64,000 nucleotides of DNA from an uncultured Gammaproteobacteria bacterium (GTDB lineage: Bacteria > Patescibacteriota > Microgenomatia > UBA8517). The stretch spans positions 6,711 through 70,710 of the forward strand of contig CAZRJH010000004.1 of the NCBI GenBank assembly GCA_964600575.1. Direction: 5' to 3'. Below the pieces are notes generated by a model. That model did no database searches, had not been told where the DNA came from, and saw only the letters and a program-made list of their open reading frames with translations. Every line of letters starts with the position of its first letter. Positions within the stretch are counted from its first letter, which is position 1. Made by a program: the position numbers and the translations under genes. Shown in pieces: positions 18,781 through 28,404 of this stretch.

Positions 18781-19701
18781 TTAGTCTGCAAAAGCCGATA
18801 CTTTAACTGTCGGTATCAGATGTCCAAGTTCGTTTTTGTAGGAAATATCCGGATGTACCTTAAGAGCAAGAAAATCGGTGATGCCGATTTTATCTAGCAA
18901 AGATTCTCCCTTATCCATTTTAATTTCAGTTGAGTTTTCTTGTACAAAAGCTTGCTTACCTGCTTCATATCTAAAGTATATTCTTTCGATTATGGTTTGT
19001 TGCTTTAGCTTTTTTAAGTTAAAACCGGACATATTTATTACATTAACTTTAGACGATTGTGTGCCGTAGAAAGACAAAGGAATAAGGCCTTTGTCAAAAA
19101 GTGCTACAAAGTGTCCGATATGCTTGGCTATGGGGAGTGCAAATTCTTTTTGATCAATACTTGTTTGCGGGTTTTCTTTTAGATATTCCATAAGATGTCT
19201 GTTTATCAAATAAATTTGTCCGTTTTTATCTTGTGCAAAAAACACAAAGCTGTTGTTTAGTTGGAAAAGGGGAGTAAGTTTGTATCTACTAAAGATCCTA
19301 AGTGTTGGTGAATCGAGGTCGTTAACATTGATAGTTAAAAGGTTAGCATCGTTTACCAAAAAAGATTGTGTTTGGGGGTCGAATATCCTGAGTCCTATAT
19401 TTTTGGTTACATTTTTGAGGAGGTTTAGAGAAATACCGTCGTTCCAATCACAAGTCAAAGTGATGTGATTTGAGATACTGGTATCTGTTAAATCATGTTT
19501 AATATTAGTGTTTAGTGACGCTGTTAACGGGGTGCCTAGGTAAAAAATCGTTGCAAAATCGTCCCCCGATTTTTTTACCTCAATCTCTCCCGTAAAGGTA
19601 ATAAGGTAATCGATTATCTTTTGCAAGTTCTCTTTTGGGCTTACCTCCATTCTGTCCACCATAAGGTGGTACTTTACCTGTTTGTCTAAATTGTAGAGCA
19701 T
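18781..19701 (-). CDS. Hypothetical protein
   Basis: 306-aa ORF in operon-like spacing. Confidence 0.7.
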   Translation of the reverse strand: MLYNLDKQVKYHLMVDRMEVSPKENLQKIIDYLITFTGEIEVKKSGDDFATIFYLGTPLTASLNTNIKHDLTDTSISNHITLTCDWNDGISLNLLKNVTKNIGLRIFDPQTQSFLVNDANLLTINVNDLDSPTLRIFSRYKLTPLFQLNNSFVFFAQDKNGQIYLINRHLMEYLKENPQTSIDQKEFALPIAKHIGHFVALFDKGLIPLSFYGTQSSKVNVINMSGFNLKKLKQQTIIERIYFRYEAGKQAFVQENSTEIKMDKGESLLDKIGITDFLALKVHPDISYKNELGHLIPTVKVSAFAD

Positions 19702-20067
19702 TTAATTTAGGGTTCGTTTTAGTTTTTTGTAGTATCTGGCTTCTTTTATGTCAGCCTTTAGGGCGTTTATCATTCCCTGAACACGCTTTTTTTCGGTTAA
19801 TTCTTTAGCGATCGCCTCTTTAAATATTTGGATGTTGGCGTCGATTTTCTTTTTGTAGTTTACAAGGTCTTTGACCCCAAAACTTCTATCTATTATTACT
19901 TTATTCGGGTCGTAATTGGGACTAAAAATAATTTTACTTTTTCTTTCGCCGTCTTTTTTTGCAATAACCTTAGAAATATCTCCTTGGTTGGGTGGTGATT
20001 TTTTGCCTTTGGGGGATTTTGCTCCCGAAGAAACCCGGGAAGATTTATTTTTTTTACTTGTTGGCAT
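19702..20067 (-). CDS. Hypothetical Lys-rich coiled-coil protein
   Basis: 121-aa ORF; C-half resembles the 59-aa upstream ORF. Confidence 0.65.
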   Translation of the reverse strand: MPTSKKNKSSRVSSGAKSPKGKKSPPNQGDISKVIAKKDGERKSKIIFSPNYDPNKVIIDRSFGVKDLVNYKKKIDANIQIFKEAIAKELTEKKRVQGMINALKADIKEARYYKKLKRTLN

Positions 20068-20233
20068 CTATTATTGCAATTATCTGGTAAAGCCTTTGAA
20101 TTTCGCGTTCCTCTTGCATAATCTGATCCTGAAAAATTTTTAGATTTTTCTTTCTTCTTTCTACTTCTGCCACAACCGAGTCTTTGTCGTACCGCATAGC
20201 TTCTTCTTTGGTAACGGGTTTATAGGGGTCCAT
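20054..20233 (-). CDS. Small coiled-coil protein (59 aa, not in ORF track)
   Basis: MDPYKPVTKEEAMRYDKDSVVAEVERRKKNLKIFQDQIMQEEREIQRLYQIIAIIDANK; fills the gap, overlaps next start. Confidence 0.6.
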   Translation of the reverse strand: MDPYKPVTKEEAMRYDKDSVVAEVERRKKNLKIFQDQIMQEEREIQRLYQIIAIIDANK

Positions 20234-20287
20234 AACAAGAACATATTAACATATGGGTAAAATATTCAAAAGAAGTTTACGGTGAAG

Positions 20288-20713
20288 TTATTTGAATCTG
20301 TCCCAAAATCCCTTTTTCTTTTCTTCGTCGATTTCTTCTTGGGTTTTTTTGCTTACAAATCTACCACCGGGGCCGCGTGTAACTCTGGTCTGGGGGGTAG
20401 ACGGATCTCCTTTTGATTCTTCCTGGGCCAGTTCTTCGGCGGCTTCTCCCGCATCCTCTACCTCTTTTTGGTACTCTTCTTTGTCTTGAAACAAATCGCG
20501 TTCCTCCGCTTTATCGATTTTTGCCAGTTTGTCCTTTTTTGCCTGAGCTAAATTTTTCTCAAGATTTGCCAAGTGGTTGTCTATAGCGCTCTTAAGCTTA
20601 TTTTCGGAAGATTCACGGAATATAACAACCTCGGCTCGGTTTCTGGCGATATAAATAATTTTATTGCCGTTAAGGGATTGGGATATGCTGTAACCTTTAT
20701 ATGTATTGGCCAT
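20288..20713 (-). CDS. Hypothetical protein with C-terminal amphipathic tail
   Basis: RGPGGRFVS motif; ends KKKGFWDRFK. Confidence 0.65.
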   Translation of the reverse strand: MANTYKGYSISQSLNGNKIIYIARNRAEVVIFRESSENKLKSAIDNHLANLEKNLAQAKKDKLAKIDKAEERDLFQDKEEYQKEVEDAGEAAEELAQEESKGDPSTPQTRVTRGPGGRFVSKKTQEEIDEEKKKGFWDRFK

Positions 20714-20719
20714 CTAAGT

Positions 20720-23665
20720 TTAAGTAATGATTGTATCAGATGTTCTAACGATACTAACCGTCATACCTGTTGTGGTGACGGTTGAGTCTGATTCGTAAGG
20801 CAAAATAGGGGAGCTGCCTGCGGTTGATCTTCTGGCACGGACTCTAACAGGAATATCCGCACTGTAAGTAATAGTTGCCTGTTCCGTTCCGGGTGTACCG
20901 TCGGAACCGGTTATTTCATAAGAGTCTATCATTGGCACATACCAGGTGTCTTGCGGGGATGTTGTTGTAGCAACGGGGAGTACATTTAATTTTATATTGT
21001 CTGCCGTTGTTTGCGAGGCAATGGCGGGGGAGATTGTGACAGTGTTGTTGTCTGTGACAACCGTAATATAAGAAACTGCATTACCTCTGGTTACATTAAC
21101 TACCAAGTCGCCTACTTTAGAGCTTGCAAAAGCGCCGGTCTCTACGATTGTTGTGGTGTTTGTTCCTGAATCGGCAGATGCAATGTCGCTACTCGCAAGA
21201 GTAAATGTTGTTCCTGTCCAGCTCGAAAATCTTATACGGTACTCTGCATTTGCAGAGGTATCAACAAGTCTTATAACTCCACCCGCGTTTCTTCCAGGTT
21301 CGTCAACTGTTATAGAAGATCCCATTACGGCGGTTGTTGCCAAGGCGGATTGAACTGTGGCGTTGTATCTGTTTTTGATAATGTTTCCGCCCGAACCATC
21401 CAGTCTAAAGACGGCAATTTTATCGCCGCTTCTGGTGTTGCTTACGGTAATGGTAACTTTGGTAGGTGCAACCACCACATTGTTGTTGTCGTCTGTCAGC
21501 TGGAAGTTGTTAAGGTCTGAGCTAAGATAATCGGTAAGAACCAAACCCGGAGCACAGAAAAACTTTCCTCCTGCGAATGTACCCATGGGTGCGGCTGCTA
21601 CCGGTGTAATTGACGCAACGGGTGTGGCGCCGGTTATCGTTACATAGTTTGAACCGTCTACTTGAATGTTATTTACCTGGTTAAAAGTTCCCCTGGCGTT
21701 TCTAAGGATAAGAATTTTGTCCGTGGTGTTGTGGTTAACCACTGTTCCTGTAAATCCGGAAGAAACCTGTGTAACAGTTGCACCGTCTGCAATGGAACCT
21801 GTGATTGTATCGTAGATAATACGGGTGTCGTTTCCCAGGTAAAACTGCCCTTCAATGGTTTGTGAACCGGAATCAATGTCTGCAGTAGAACCCCGCCTGG
21901 TTACATACTTTGTCCACTGATAAACCTTGCCTAGGGAATTTTGATTACAGTCAAGAGTAATGGAGTAGTTTTCTGCGGTCCCGTTTTCGTCAATGTCGTT
22001 TGAGCCTCCCGTTGCTAGACCTCCAAATGTAAGAGTAGGGGGTGTGCCGCTTTCGAAGAAGGTTGTACCCGAAGTCGTTGCAGGCCCTGCATCTGCGGGA
22101 GTTCCTGCCGTACAAGTAGCATCACCATCTGCGGTTCCTGTGTATTCTACAATTGCGTCGGAATTTGCAAAGTCGGTGACAGGGTCTCCAATTAAATAGT
22201 AGGTGAGTACAGGAGATGCACCAGTGCCTCCCACGGCAGTAAGCTTGCCTCTCTTTGTTGCTGTTGCCCATGTGCCGCCAACATAAATATAGTTACCCGA
22301 GTTAAAAGTTCCGGATCCCGACGATCCAGTGAAGGATCTATATCCTGTTTGATTATCAAGGTCGTTACCCGTCTGCAAAGGAATAGGGTTACGTCCTCCC
22401 GAGGTTAAATCCACCGAGTAGTACGAATAAGTCTTGCTGTACTGGCGGGCGTAAACATAAATGTAGCCTTCGTCTGTTTCTGTACCCAACTCTTTAACAT
22501 TTACCAAAATATCTATGTGGTCGGTTGTAAGGCCTGTTGTTTGATCGCTCCACCAATCGGTTGTGCCTTTGTAAGCCACCATGTTCGCAGCGTTTTGCCT
22601 AATGTAAATGTGGGTGTAAGTTTCGATTGTACCGATGGAGTAGATGTTGGCCCAGAGTGATTCTCCGCCGGATACCGCTGCTGCGGATTGAGTGGCCGAT
22701 CCGATTCCGCCGATAAAACCCTGATCTAAAACGGGGTTGGTGGAATAAGTTCCCGCTACAAGTGCCCTGATATAAAACAAACTTTGCGATCCGTTTAAGG
22801 ATGTTGCAACCCAATCGCTTGGTACTGTAAAAGTTAGTACTTTGCCGTCGCCAACCGATGCGGTAAATCCGCTTGTTGCGTCCGAAACTCCGGACAAAGC
22901 CGTCCAGGAACCGTTCCAATACTGCCAGGTCACGCTTCCTCCCACTCCCGCTGTTCCGTTTGCGTAATCAAAAATAACTTTTTTGAATTTTTGTGTAAAA
23001 CCGATTGCACAATAATCGGAGGTATCCTCCGAAGCGGGGAAGACCTGCCAGTCAGCGTTACCCGCACTATTTGCATCGGTTGATTCGTCAACAAATGTTG
23101 TATTGTCCACCTGCCAAACTTGGCTCATAGTGGAGTTAGAAATTGCGATTGTCCCGCTCGTGGAATCCCAGTCGTTTCCTGACGCGCTGTCTGCCGGTCT
23201 TATCCAGGCAACCTTTGTGCCAAGAACAGTGTTAAAGTCTAAAAGTGTGCCGGAATCAAGTCCTGTGGCATTTGTAATTGTTCTACCAATATCTGTTGTA
23301 TCAAAATCAGTTCCACCTACGGTGTAGTTTATTTTTACAACACCAACATTTGTTCCTGTAACACGGTCCCAAGAAGCAGTTTTGAGAGCACCGCCCGTAA
23401 GATGTTCAACTGTGGTTCTGTCTATAAACCAGGGATCTTTATCTCCCGCATCGATAATTCCGATTGTGTACTCTGTAGGTGTCTGGGCGCTCATGGGAAC
23501 ACCGTCGTCCATCTGTCCGAGTTCGTCAAAGAGTTCTTGGAGAGCAGAGTAAAGTTGGTTAACAGTTCTTGTACCGGTAGAAGAACCGGTCCACTCAATT
23601 CTTTTCTGCCTGTTTTCGGCAGAATAATATACGGTAAAATCCCCGCTCAAGATTGTGTCAGACAT
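20720..23665 (-). CDS. Large Thr/Ser/Gly-rich beta protein, phage-structural/fibre-like
   Basis: 981 aa, no signal peptide; shares a module and the C-terminal domain with 28405..32118. Confidence 0.65.
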   Translation of the reverse strand: MSDTILSGDFTVYYSAENRQKRIEWTGSSTGTRTVNQLYSALQELFDELGQMDDGVPMSAQTPTEYTIGIIDAGDKDPWFIDRTTVEHLTGGALKTASWDRVTGTNVGVVKINYTVGGTDFDTTDIGRTITNATGLDSGTLLDFNTVLGTKVAWIRPADSASGNDWDSTSGTIAISNSTMSQVWQVDNTTFVDESTDANSAGNADWQVFPASEDTSDYCAIGFTQKFKKVIFDYANGTAGVGGSVTWQYWNGSWTALSGVSDATSGFTASVGDGKVLTFTVPSDWVATSLNGSQSLFYIRALVAGTYSTNPVLDQGFIGGIGSATQSAAAVSGGESLWANIYSIGTIETYTHIYIRQNAANMVAYKGTTDWWSDQTTGLTTDHIDILVNVKELGTETDEGYIYVYARQYSKTYSYYSVDLTSGGRNPIPLQTGNDLDNQTGYRSFTGSSGSGTFNSGNYIYVGGTWATATKRGKLTAVGGTGASPVLTYYLIGDPVTDFANSDAIVEYTGTADGDATCTAGTPADAGPATTSGTTFFESGTPPTLTFGGLATGGSNDIDENGTAENYSITLDCNQNSLGKVYQWTKYVTRRGSTADIDSGSQTIEGQFYLGNDTRIIYDTITGSIADGATVTQVSSGFTGTVVNHNTTDKILILRNARGTFNQVNNIQVDGSNYVTITGATPVASITPVAAAPMGTFAGGKFFCAPGLVLTDYLSSDLNNFQLTDDNNNVVVAPTKVTITVSNTRSGDKIAVFRLDGSGGNIIKNRYNATVQSALATTAVMGSSITVDEPGRNAGGVIRLVDTSANAEYRIRFSSWTGTTFTLASSDIASADSGTNTTTIVETGAFASSKVGDLVVNVTRGNAVSYITVVTDNNTVTISPAIASQTTADNIKLNVLPVATTTSPQDTWYVPMIDSYEITGSDGTPGTEQATITYSADIPVRVRARRSTAGSSPILPYESDSTVTTTGMTVSIVRTSDTIIT

Positions 23666-23712
23666 AATACTTAGAACTTACCGCCTGTGTAGTGGCAGTG
23701 AAGTCTAAAATG

Positions 23713-23800
23713 AGTATAAGTAGGCCGTTCTTGGGGTGTCAATAGGGTTTATTTATTAACGCCGAAATTGATATATTTGAGTCGGAATTGATATATTTTT
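23713..23800 (-). promoter_or_regulatory. Promoter with upstream 20-bp-period direct repeat
   Basis: Minus strand TTGACA(23742-37)-18-TATACT(23718-13); GCCGAAATTGATATATTTGA / GTCGGAATTGATATATTTTT at 23761-23800. Confidence 0.55.
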
Positions 23801-23801
23801 C

Positions 23802-26252
23802 TTAGGCAGTTGTGTCTTCTATTAGTGTTATAGTTGCAGAAAAACCCGAAGAAGAAATGGTTCCTGTTGTGGATGCTGGGTAATATTTTGTTGATCCGGT
23901 AGATGATTTTCTTACGCGTATATAAATATCGGTATCAGACGAATAGTTGAAGGTTGTTTTTGCTGTCCCGTTGGATGCTGTTCCGTTTCCCGAACCCACA
24001 CCTGTTGCTGTAAAAACTTCACCAACCGTATTACTTGCAGCACCAACTGCTGTAAAATCGGTCGTTCCAACACTAAGTATTATATATTTTGTTCCCACCA
24101 CAAAATTTCCTGCGGTTACCGTCTCTGTGTCCATGTTCATTAGTTGGGTATTGTCGCTAGACTTGTAAATTGCAGTTTGAGCATTTTCTACAGGGTAGTT
24201 TGTACTGTCTACAACGGTTACAGTGAGATAAACCGTATTATTAACTGTGGTTGATGCATTTGTACCGTTTCTGATTGTGGGGGTCGTGCCCCCATTCGTG
24301 ACATTAATTGTTACTAACCCTCCCGAATTGTTATAAACATCAGCAGTAGAACTGCCTTGGGCACCGCCTCCGCTAAAGTCTATATTGTCGAAAGTGTAGG
24401 TACCGGTTGCGGTGATTTCTATTGAATGTCCATTTGTATTATTTATGAAACTGCAATTAGATATCCTTTCCATTTCCGTCGTAGAGGTAACCGTCAAGGC
24501 TGTTGTTGAGTTACTGCTTACAATCGAACAGTTATCAAGGTATGTACCCGAAGCCAAAAAACCGTCGCAGTTCGACCAGACAATATCACTTAGATGAATG
24601 TCTGATACAAGTGTAACTGTTCCTGCACCTATTACAGTTAGTCCCGAAAAATCATATGTTGCAGAAGAGGACGAGCCTTCATTAAATCCCCAATGATATT
24701 TACTGGCACTGGAAACCAGAGAGTTCCTGTGTTTAATCGTATCGCCACTACCGGCGTAGTAGGTAATACCGGTGACATTATCAATAGAGTTGTAGGAAAC
24801 AAGTTTTGCATCGGCGTCATATTGTTTGGGGAATTCTAAAGCGGTGTCGTTAAAGTCCATATATAAAGGATTTGTTCCTCCGTCGCCAAATTGAACTGGC
24901 CCCAGAATTAAGGCCTGATTTGCGCCCTGCTGGATTATCGACCTTCTTTCGTGACCGTTGGATCCCGCCAACCTCATACCTGCTATGTTTAGCGGTTCGG
25001 AGGAATTACCGCCAGCTATGGTGACCGTATCCAGCATCCACAACGAATAAAAGTCCCAGATTGTAGTTGAAACACCAATTCCTGAAACCCAGAAACCAAA
25101 TGCTGCAATAGATGAAGGGTCTAGTGTTCCCGCAGTTGCTTTTGTATTTCCCGCAGCCTCGTTTATAACCAGAGGCAGGTCACGTGCGGTGTATTCCGGG
25201 CTGTCAACTCCTCTTACTTGCCAAATCTTATAATCGGTTGCAGAGCCTGATCTCATACCTGCCCAAATTCCCCGGCCTGACGCGATTCCTGAAAAGCGTT
25301 GGATTTGTCCTGCCGTACTTGGGCCGTTGTGAACTAAAATATTTTTGCCGGTAACATCTGGTTTGTTGCCCGTTGCAAGTACAAGCTCTGCACCGCTCAT
25401 GTTTTTTGTTGCCGAGGTGGTTGTAAGTCTACCAACAGAATGGAACGAATTTAAACCTACGTCAGCAGCAGCTGCGGTTGTAGCATCATCAGCAGTTTTT
25501 CCGCCAAGGCTTGTCCCAAAACCTGTATCGGCCGTTGCTGCAAGGGCAGTATCTCCGTTAAATGCAGTAACTCCATTAATTGGGTTTATATAAGTTGAGG
25601 AGTCAGCTGTACAATAAACGGGAATTACAGTTGCGCCCCCCGAAGGTGCTGCTATTTGAATAGTGGCGTCGACCCCTGTAACGCTTGCAGTGTTTGAACA
25701 GACCACATTTGACGGAGTTGTTCCGGATGTGGGTTGAAACCCCCAACCAACTCCGTCTGCGTGCGCCGATCCGTCGGCGCCATAAAGCAAAGTAACAGGA
25801 CCTTCTATCAATGAGGGTATAGATGCTGTGGTGTTCGATACTACATATAAAACCAAGGAATTATCTACTGTTGTAGAAATTGTTTGCATGCTGAATTTGT
25901 ATGATCCGGAATGGTTGTGGGTTGTATATGTTGGTGTGCTGCCGAATGGGTTTGTTGTATCGATATCCCTTACGGAAATAAGTGAGCAATTGAAAGTTTC
26001 AGAGCTTGTTCTAGTGAAGGTAGGGTCGGACTCACTTGAACCCGCAATCTTGTACATAACCGTTAGTTGAGTTGTGTTTGCAACGGAAAAAAGCTGAGTC
26101 CATCCGCTTGATGACCAGGTTCCTGTACCAGTATCGGCAGATAGGATTGCCAACAATAAATCATTTTGTACAAAATCAGGCATTGGTGGAGTAATGGTTG
26201 TTCCTGAAGTAGTGGTGGTATAGGTCCAAGACCAGTCTCTTATTGCAGGCAT
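23802..26252 (-). CDS. Large Ser/Thr-rich fibre-like protein with beta-helix segment
   Basis: 816 aa; colinear paralog of 28405..32118 (MPAIRDWSW / MPALRDFAW ... IYIRVRKSS). Confidence 0.7.
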   Translation of the reverse strand: MPAIRDWSWTYTTTTSGTTITPPMPDFVQNDLLLAILSADTGTGTWSSSGWTQLFSVANTTQLTVMYKIAGSSESDPTFTRTSSETFNCSLISVRDIDTTNPFGSTPTYTTHNHSGSYKFSMQTISTTVDNSLVLYVVSNTTASIPSLIEGPVTLLYGADGSAHADGVGWGFQPTSGTTPSNVVCSNTASVTGVDATIQIAAPSGGATVIPVYCTADSSTYINPINGVTAFNGDTALAATADTGFGTSLGGKTADDATTAAAADVGLNSFHSVGRLTTTSATKNMSGAELVLATGNKPDVTGKNILVHNGPSTAGQIQRFSGIASGRGIWAGMRSGSATDYKIWQVRGVDSPEYTARDLPLVINEAAGNTKATAGTLDPSSIAAFGFWVSGIGVSTTIWDFYSLWMLDTVTIAGGNSSEPLNIAGMRLAGSNGHERRSIIQQGANQALILGPVQFGDGGTNPLYMDFNDTALEFPKQYDADAKLVSYNSIDNVTGITYYAGSGDTIKHRNSLVSSASKYHWGFNEGSSSSATYDFSGLTVIGAGTVTLVSDIHLSDIVWSNCDGFLASGTYLDNCSIVSSNSTTALTVTSTTEMERISNCSFINNTNGHSIEITATGTYTFDNIDFSGGGAQGSSTADVYNNSGGLVTINVTNGGTTPTIRNGTNASTTVNNTVYLTVTVVDSTNYPVENAQTAIYKSSDNTQLMNMDTETVTAGNFVVGTKYIILSVGTTDFTAVGAASNTVGEVFTATGVGSGNGTASNGTAKTTFNYSSDTDIYIRVRKSSTGSTKYYPASTTGTISSSGFSATITLIEDTTA

Positions 26253-26283
26253 ATTAAAAAAATGATATCACAGCCGAAGTTTG

Positions 26284-26646
26284 TCAGGACTTAACGTTCT
26301 TAAGAGTTTTCTTAACCAAAGCATCTAAATCCAAATCGCTTTTAACAATGTAGTCAGTTGCACCTCTTGTACCACCTTCTTCTTCAGGTAGATTGCTTGC
26401 AACAATAACAGGGATATTTTTTACGCTTTCGTCATTCTTTACCTTTCTCAGAAACTCGTAGCCGTCTATACCGGGAAGTAGAATGTCTAATACTATTACA
26501 TCAGGGATCCATTTTTTAAGGTTTTCTAGACCTTCTTCTGCAGTTCTAAATGATCTCACAACGAAGCCGGCTTCCTCAAATTTATATCTCATAGCTTTAC
26601 TTATAAACTTGTCGTCTTCGATAACCATTACTTTTGGTTTTTTCAT
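26284..26646 (-). CDS. Single-domain response regulator
   Basis: VIEDD, PDVIVLDILLPGIDG, SN, DYIVK. Confidence 0.92.
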   Translation of the reverse strand: MKKPKVMVIEDDKFISKAMRYKFEEAGFVVRSFRTAEEGLENLKKWIPDVIVLDILLPGIDGYEFLRKVKNDESVKNIPVIVASNLPEEEGGTRGATDYIVKSDLDLDALVKKTLKNVKS

Positions 26647-26649
26647 TTT

Positions 26650-28278
26650 TTAAATATTACCATTCGGTTGGGGTATTGTGAAATAAATTTTTGTTCCCGA
26701 CCGTGCAGAAGCTAATCTGATATTACCCCCATGGGCTTCTACAATTAGTTTAGCAAGATATAATCCAAGCCCGGCCCCTTCTGTATCTTTTAATTTTGCA
26801 TTGGAAGCTCGGGAGAATTTTTGAAATAAAGTTTCCAATTCATTTTTAGGTATCCCTATACCCGTGTCCGATATAGAGACAACAATCTCTTTCTTGTTTC
26901 CGTCAATCTTAACCAGAACTTTGCCTCCTGGATGATTGTATTTAAATGCGTTGTCGATCAAATTGAGGAATACCTGACTAATCAATTTTTCATCAATATT
27001 TATTTTATTTGGAACGTTCTTGGATGTTTTTATGGTCAAGTGAATTTTTTTGTTTTTATAGACTTTTCTGACATCACGAGAAGAGTTTTTTATTAAATTG
27101 TGAATACTTGTCGGTTTGGGGTCTATTAATATTCTTTTTGACTCCAGTTTGGAAACACTTAATATTGTTGATATAAGTTCTATCATTCGTTTGGCGGATA
27201 GGTGGGTGTCTTTTACTATTTTTTCCTGTTTTGAGGTTAGGCTCCCCGGAGATTTGGATAAAAGTATTTCACTAAACCATTTTATTGCAGTAACAGGAGT
27301 TCTTATTTGGTGTGATGCTAATGATATAAAATCACGCTTCAAACTTTCGAGTTCTTTAATCTTTTCTATTGACTTAGCAATTAAAGAATTGCCTAATTTC
27401 ACACCTGCATATATTGAGACAAGTGTTGCAATAAGAAGGAAAAGTAGAGTTTTTCTAAAGTTGACAATTGGAGTAGCAAACACCTCGGATTCGGTTTTTC
27501 CAGCCAAGACAAAAATCTCATTTTCACCGTCTCCGGCTTGTTCATAAGCATAAATTCTATTTATTCCGTCTATTCCTTTTGTCTCAAAAATTCCTTCCGA
27601 GTCATTTTGAAAATAGTCGTTAATAGGAAAGATTTGCCCGATCCAATTTTCTATACTGGGATTTCTTGCCAGGATCACCCCTTTTCTGTCTAGAACAAGT
27701 ATTGTTACGTCTTTGTCTAATTCTAGGTTAGATATAAACTTACCTAGCCAATCCAGGTTCAAGGTTGCGTAAACTACTCCGCCGTTTGTCAAGGGATATC
27801 CAAAATTTAAACTAGCCAAGTTGGTAGATCTACTTACAACGTACTCACCGACAGTAAAACTGTTTGTTTTTTTAGTTTGAATATAAAAATATCTGTCAGA
27901 TAAATTTTGCGGCTCTCTAAGTTGGACACCTGAACAGATAACATTACCGGTCTTGTCAGTAACTCCAAAATTGCCGTATCTTTGGTAACTACCTAGCACT
28001 TCGGAAATATAAATTGAACACTCACGGCCGCCTAGGTTTATCTTTTGAGTTGCAGAAAGCGCGATCAATAGTTGCCTTGCACCTTCCGTAATTTGCTTGT
28101 TTTCGAGGGCAACCAAGGTGGCGATATTTCTTAGTTCTGTTACTTTTGCCTGCTTTTCTTGATCTAGTTGGGACCTGTTTACCAGATACGCTAAGACTAC
28201 AAAAGGAACTAGTGTAAATGCGGTTAGGAGCAAAATCTTTATACGTATATTAGAAATGTTGAGTTTTTCGGAGAACAT
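26650..28278 (-). CDS. Cache-domain sensor histidine kinase
   Basis: 2 TM plus dCache (DRYFY, YATLNL); ASHQIRTP H-box; NLIDNAFKY, DTGIG, GAGLGL. Confidence 0.92.
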   Translation of the reverse strand: MFSEKLNISNIRIKILLLTAFTLVPFVVLAYLVNRSQLDQEKQAKVTELRNIATLVALENKQITEGARQLLIALSATQKINLGGRECSIYISEVLGSYQRYGNFGVTDKTGNVICSGVQLREPQNLSDRYFYIQTKKTNSFTVGEYVVSRSTNLASLNFGYPLTNGGVVYATLNLDWLGKFISNLELDKDVTILVLDRKGVILARNPSIENWIGQIFPINDYFQNDSEGIFETKGIDGINRIYAYEQAGDGENEIFVLAGKTESEVFATPIVNFRKTLLFLLIATLVSIYAGVKLGNSLIAKSIEKIKELESLKRDFISLASHQIRTPVTAIKWFSEILLSKSPGSLTSKQEKIVKDTHLSAKRMIELISTILSVSKLESKRILIDPKPTSIHNLIKNSSRDVRKVYKNKKIHLTIKTSKNVPNKINIDEKLISQVFLNLIDNAFKYNHPGGKVLVKIDGNKKEIVVSISDTGIGIPKNELETLFQKFSRASNAKLKDTEGAGLGLYLAKLIVEAHGGNIRLASARSGTKIYFTIPQPNGNI

Positions 28279-28290
28279 TAATTTATAGCT

Positions 28291-28319
28291 ATAGTATCCA
28301 AAGTTAGACTAGCGGTCAA
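28291..28319 (-). promoter_or_regulatory. Promoter of the kinase/receiver pair
   Basis: Minus strand TTGACC-17-TACTAT. Confidence 0.55.
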
Positions 28320-28404
28320 ACTCGGCGATAACCGACAATCTCTGTAAGACGATAACTTTACGCCGAGAAAGATATGTTTATAGTATTGATCTTAGGAGAA
28401 ATCT

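Noticed and set aside
28321-28367. CTCGGCG/CGCCGAG inverted repeat as a terminator
   Set aside because: 7-bp arms with a 33-nt loop and only a short U tract; could be chance
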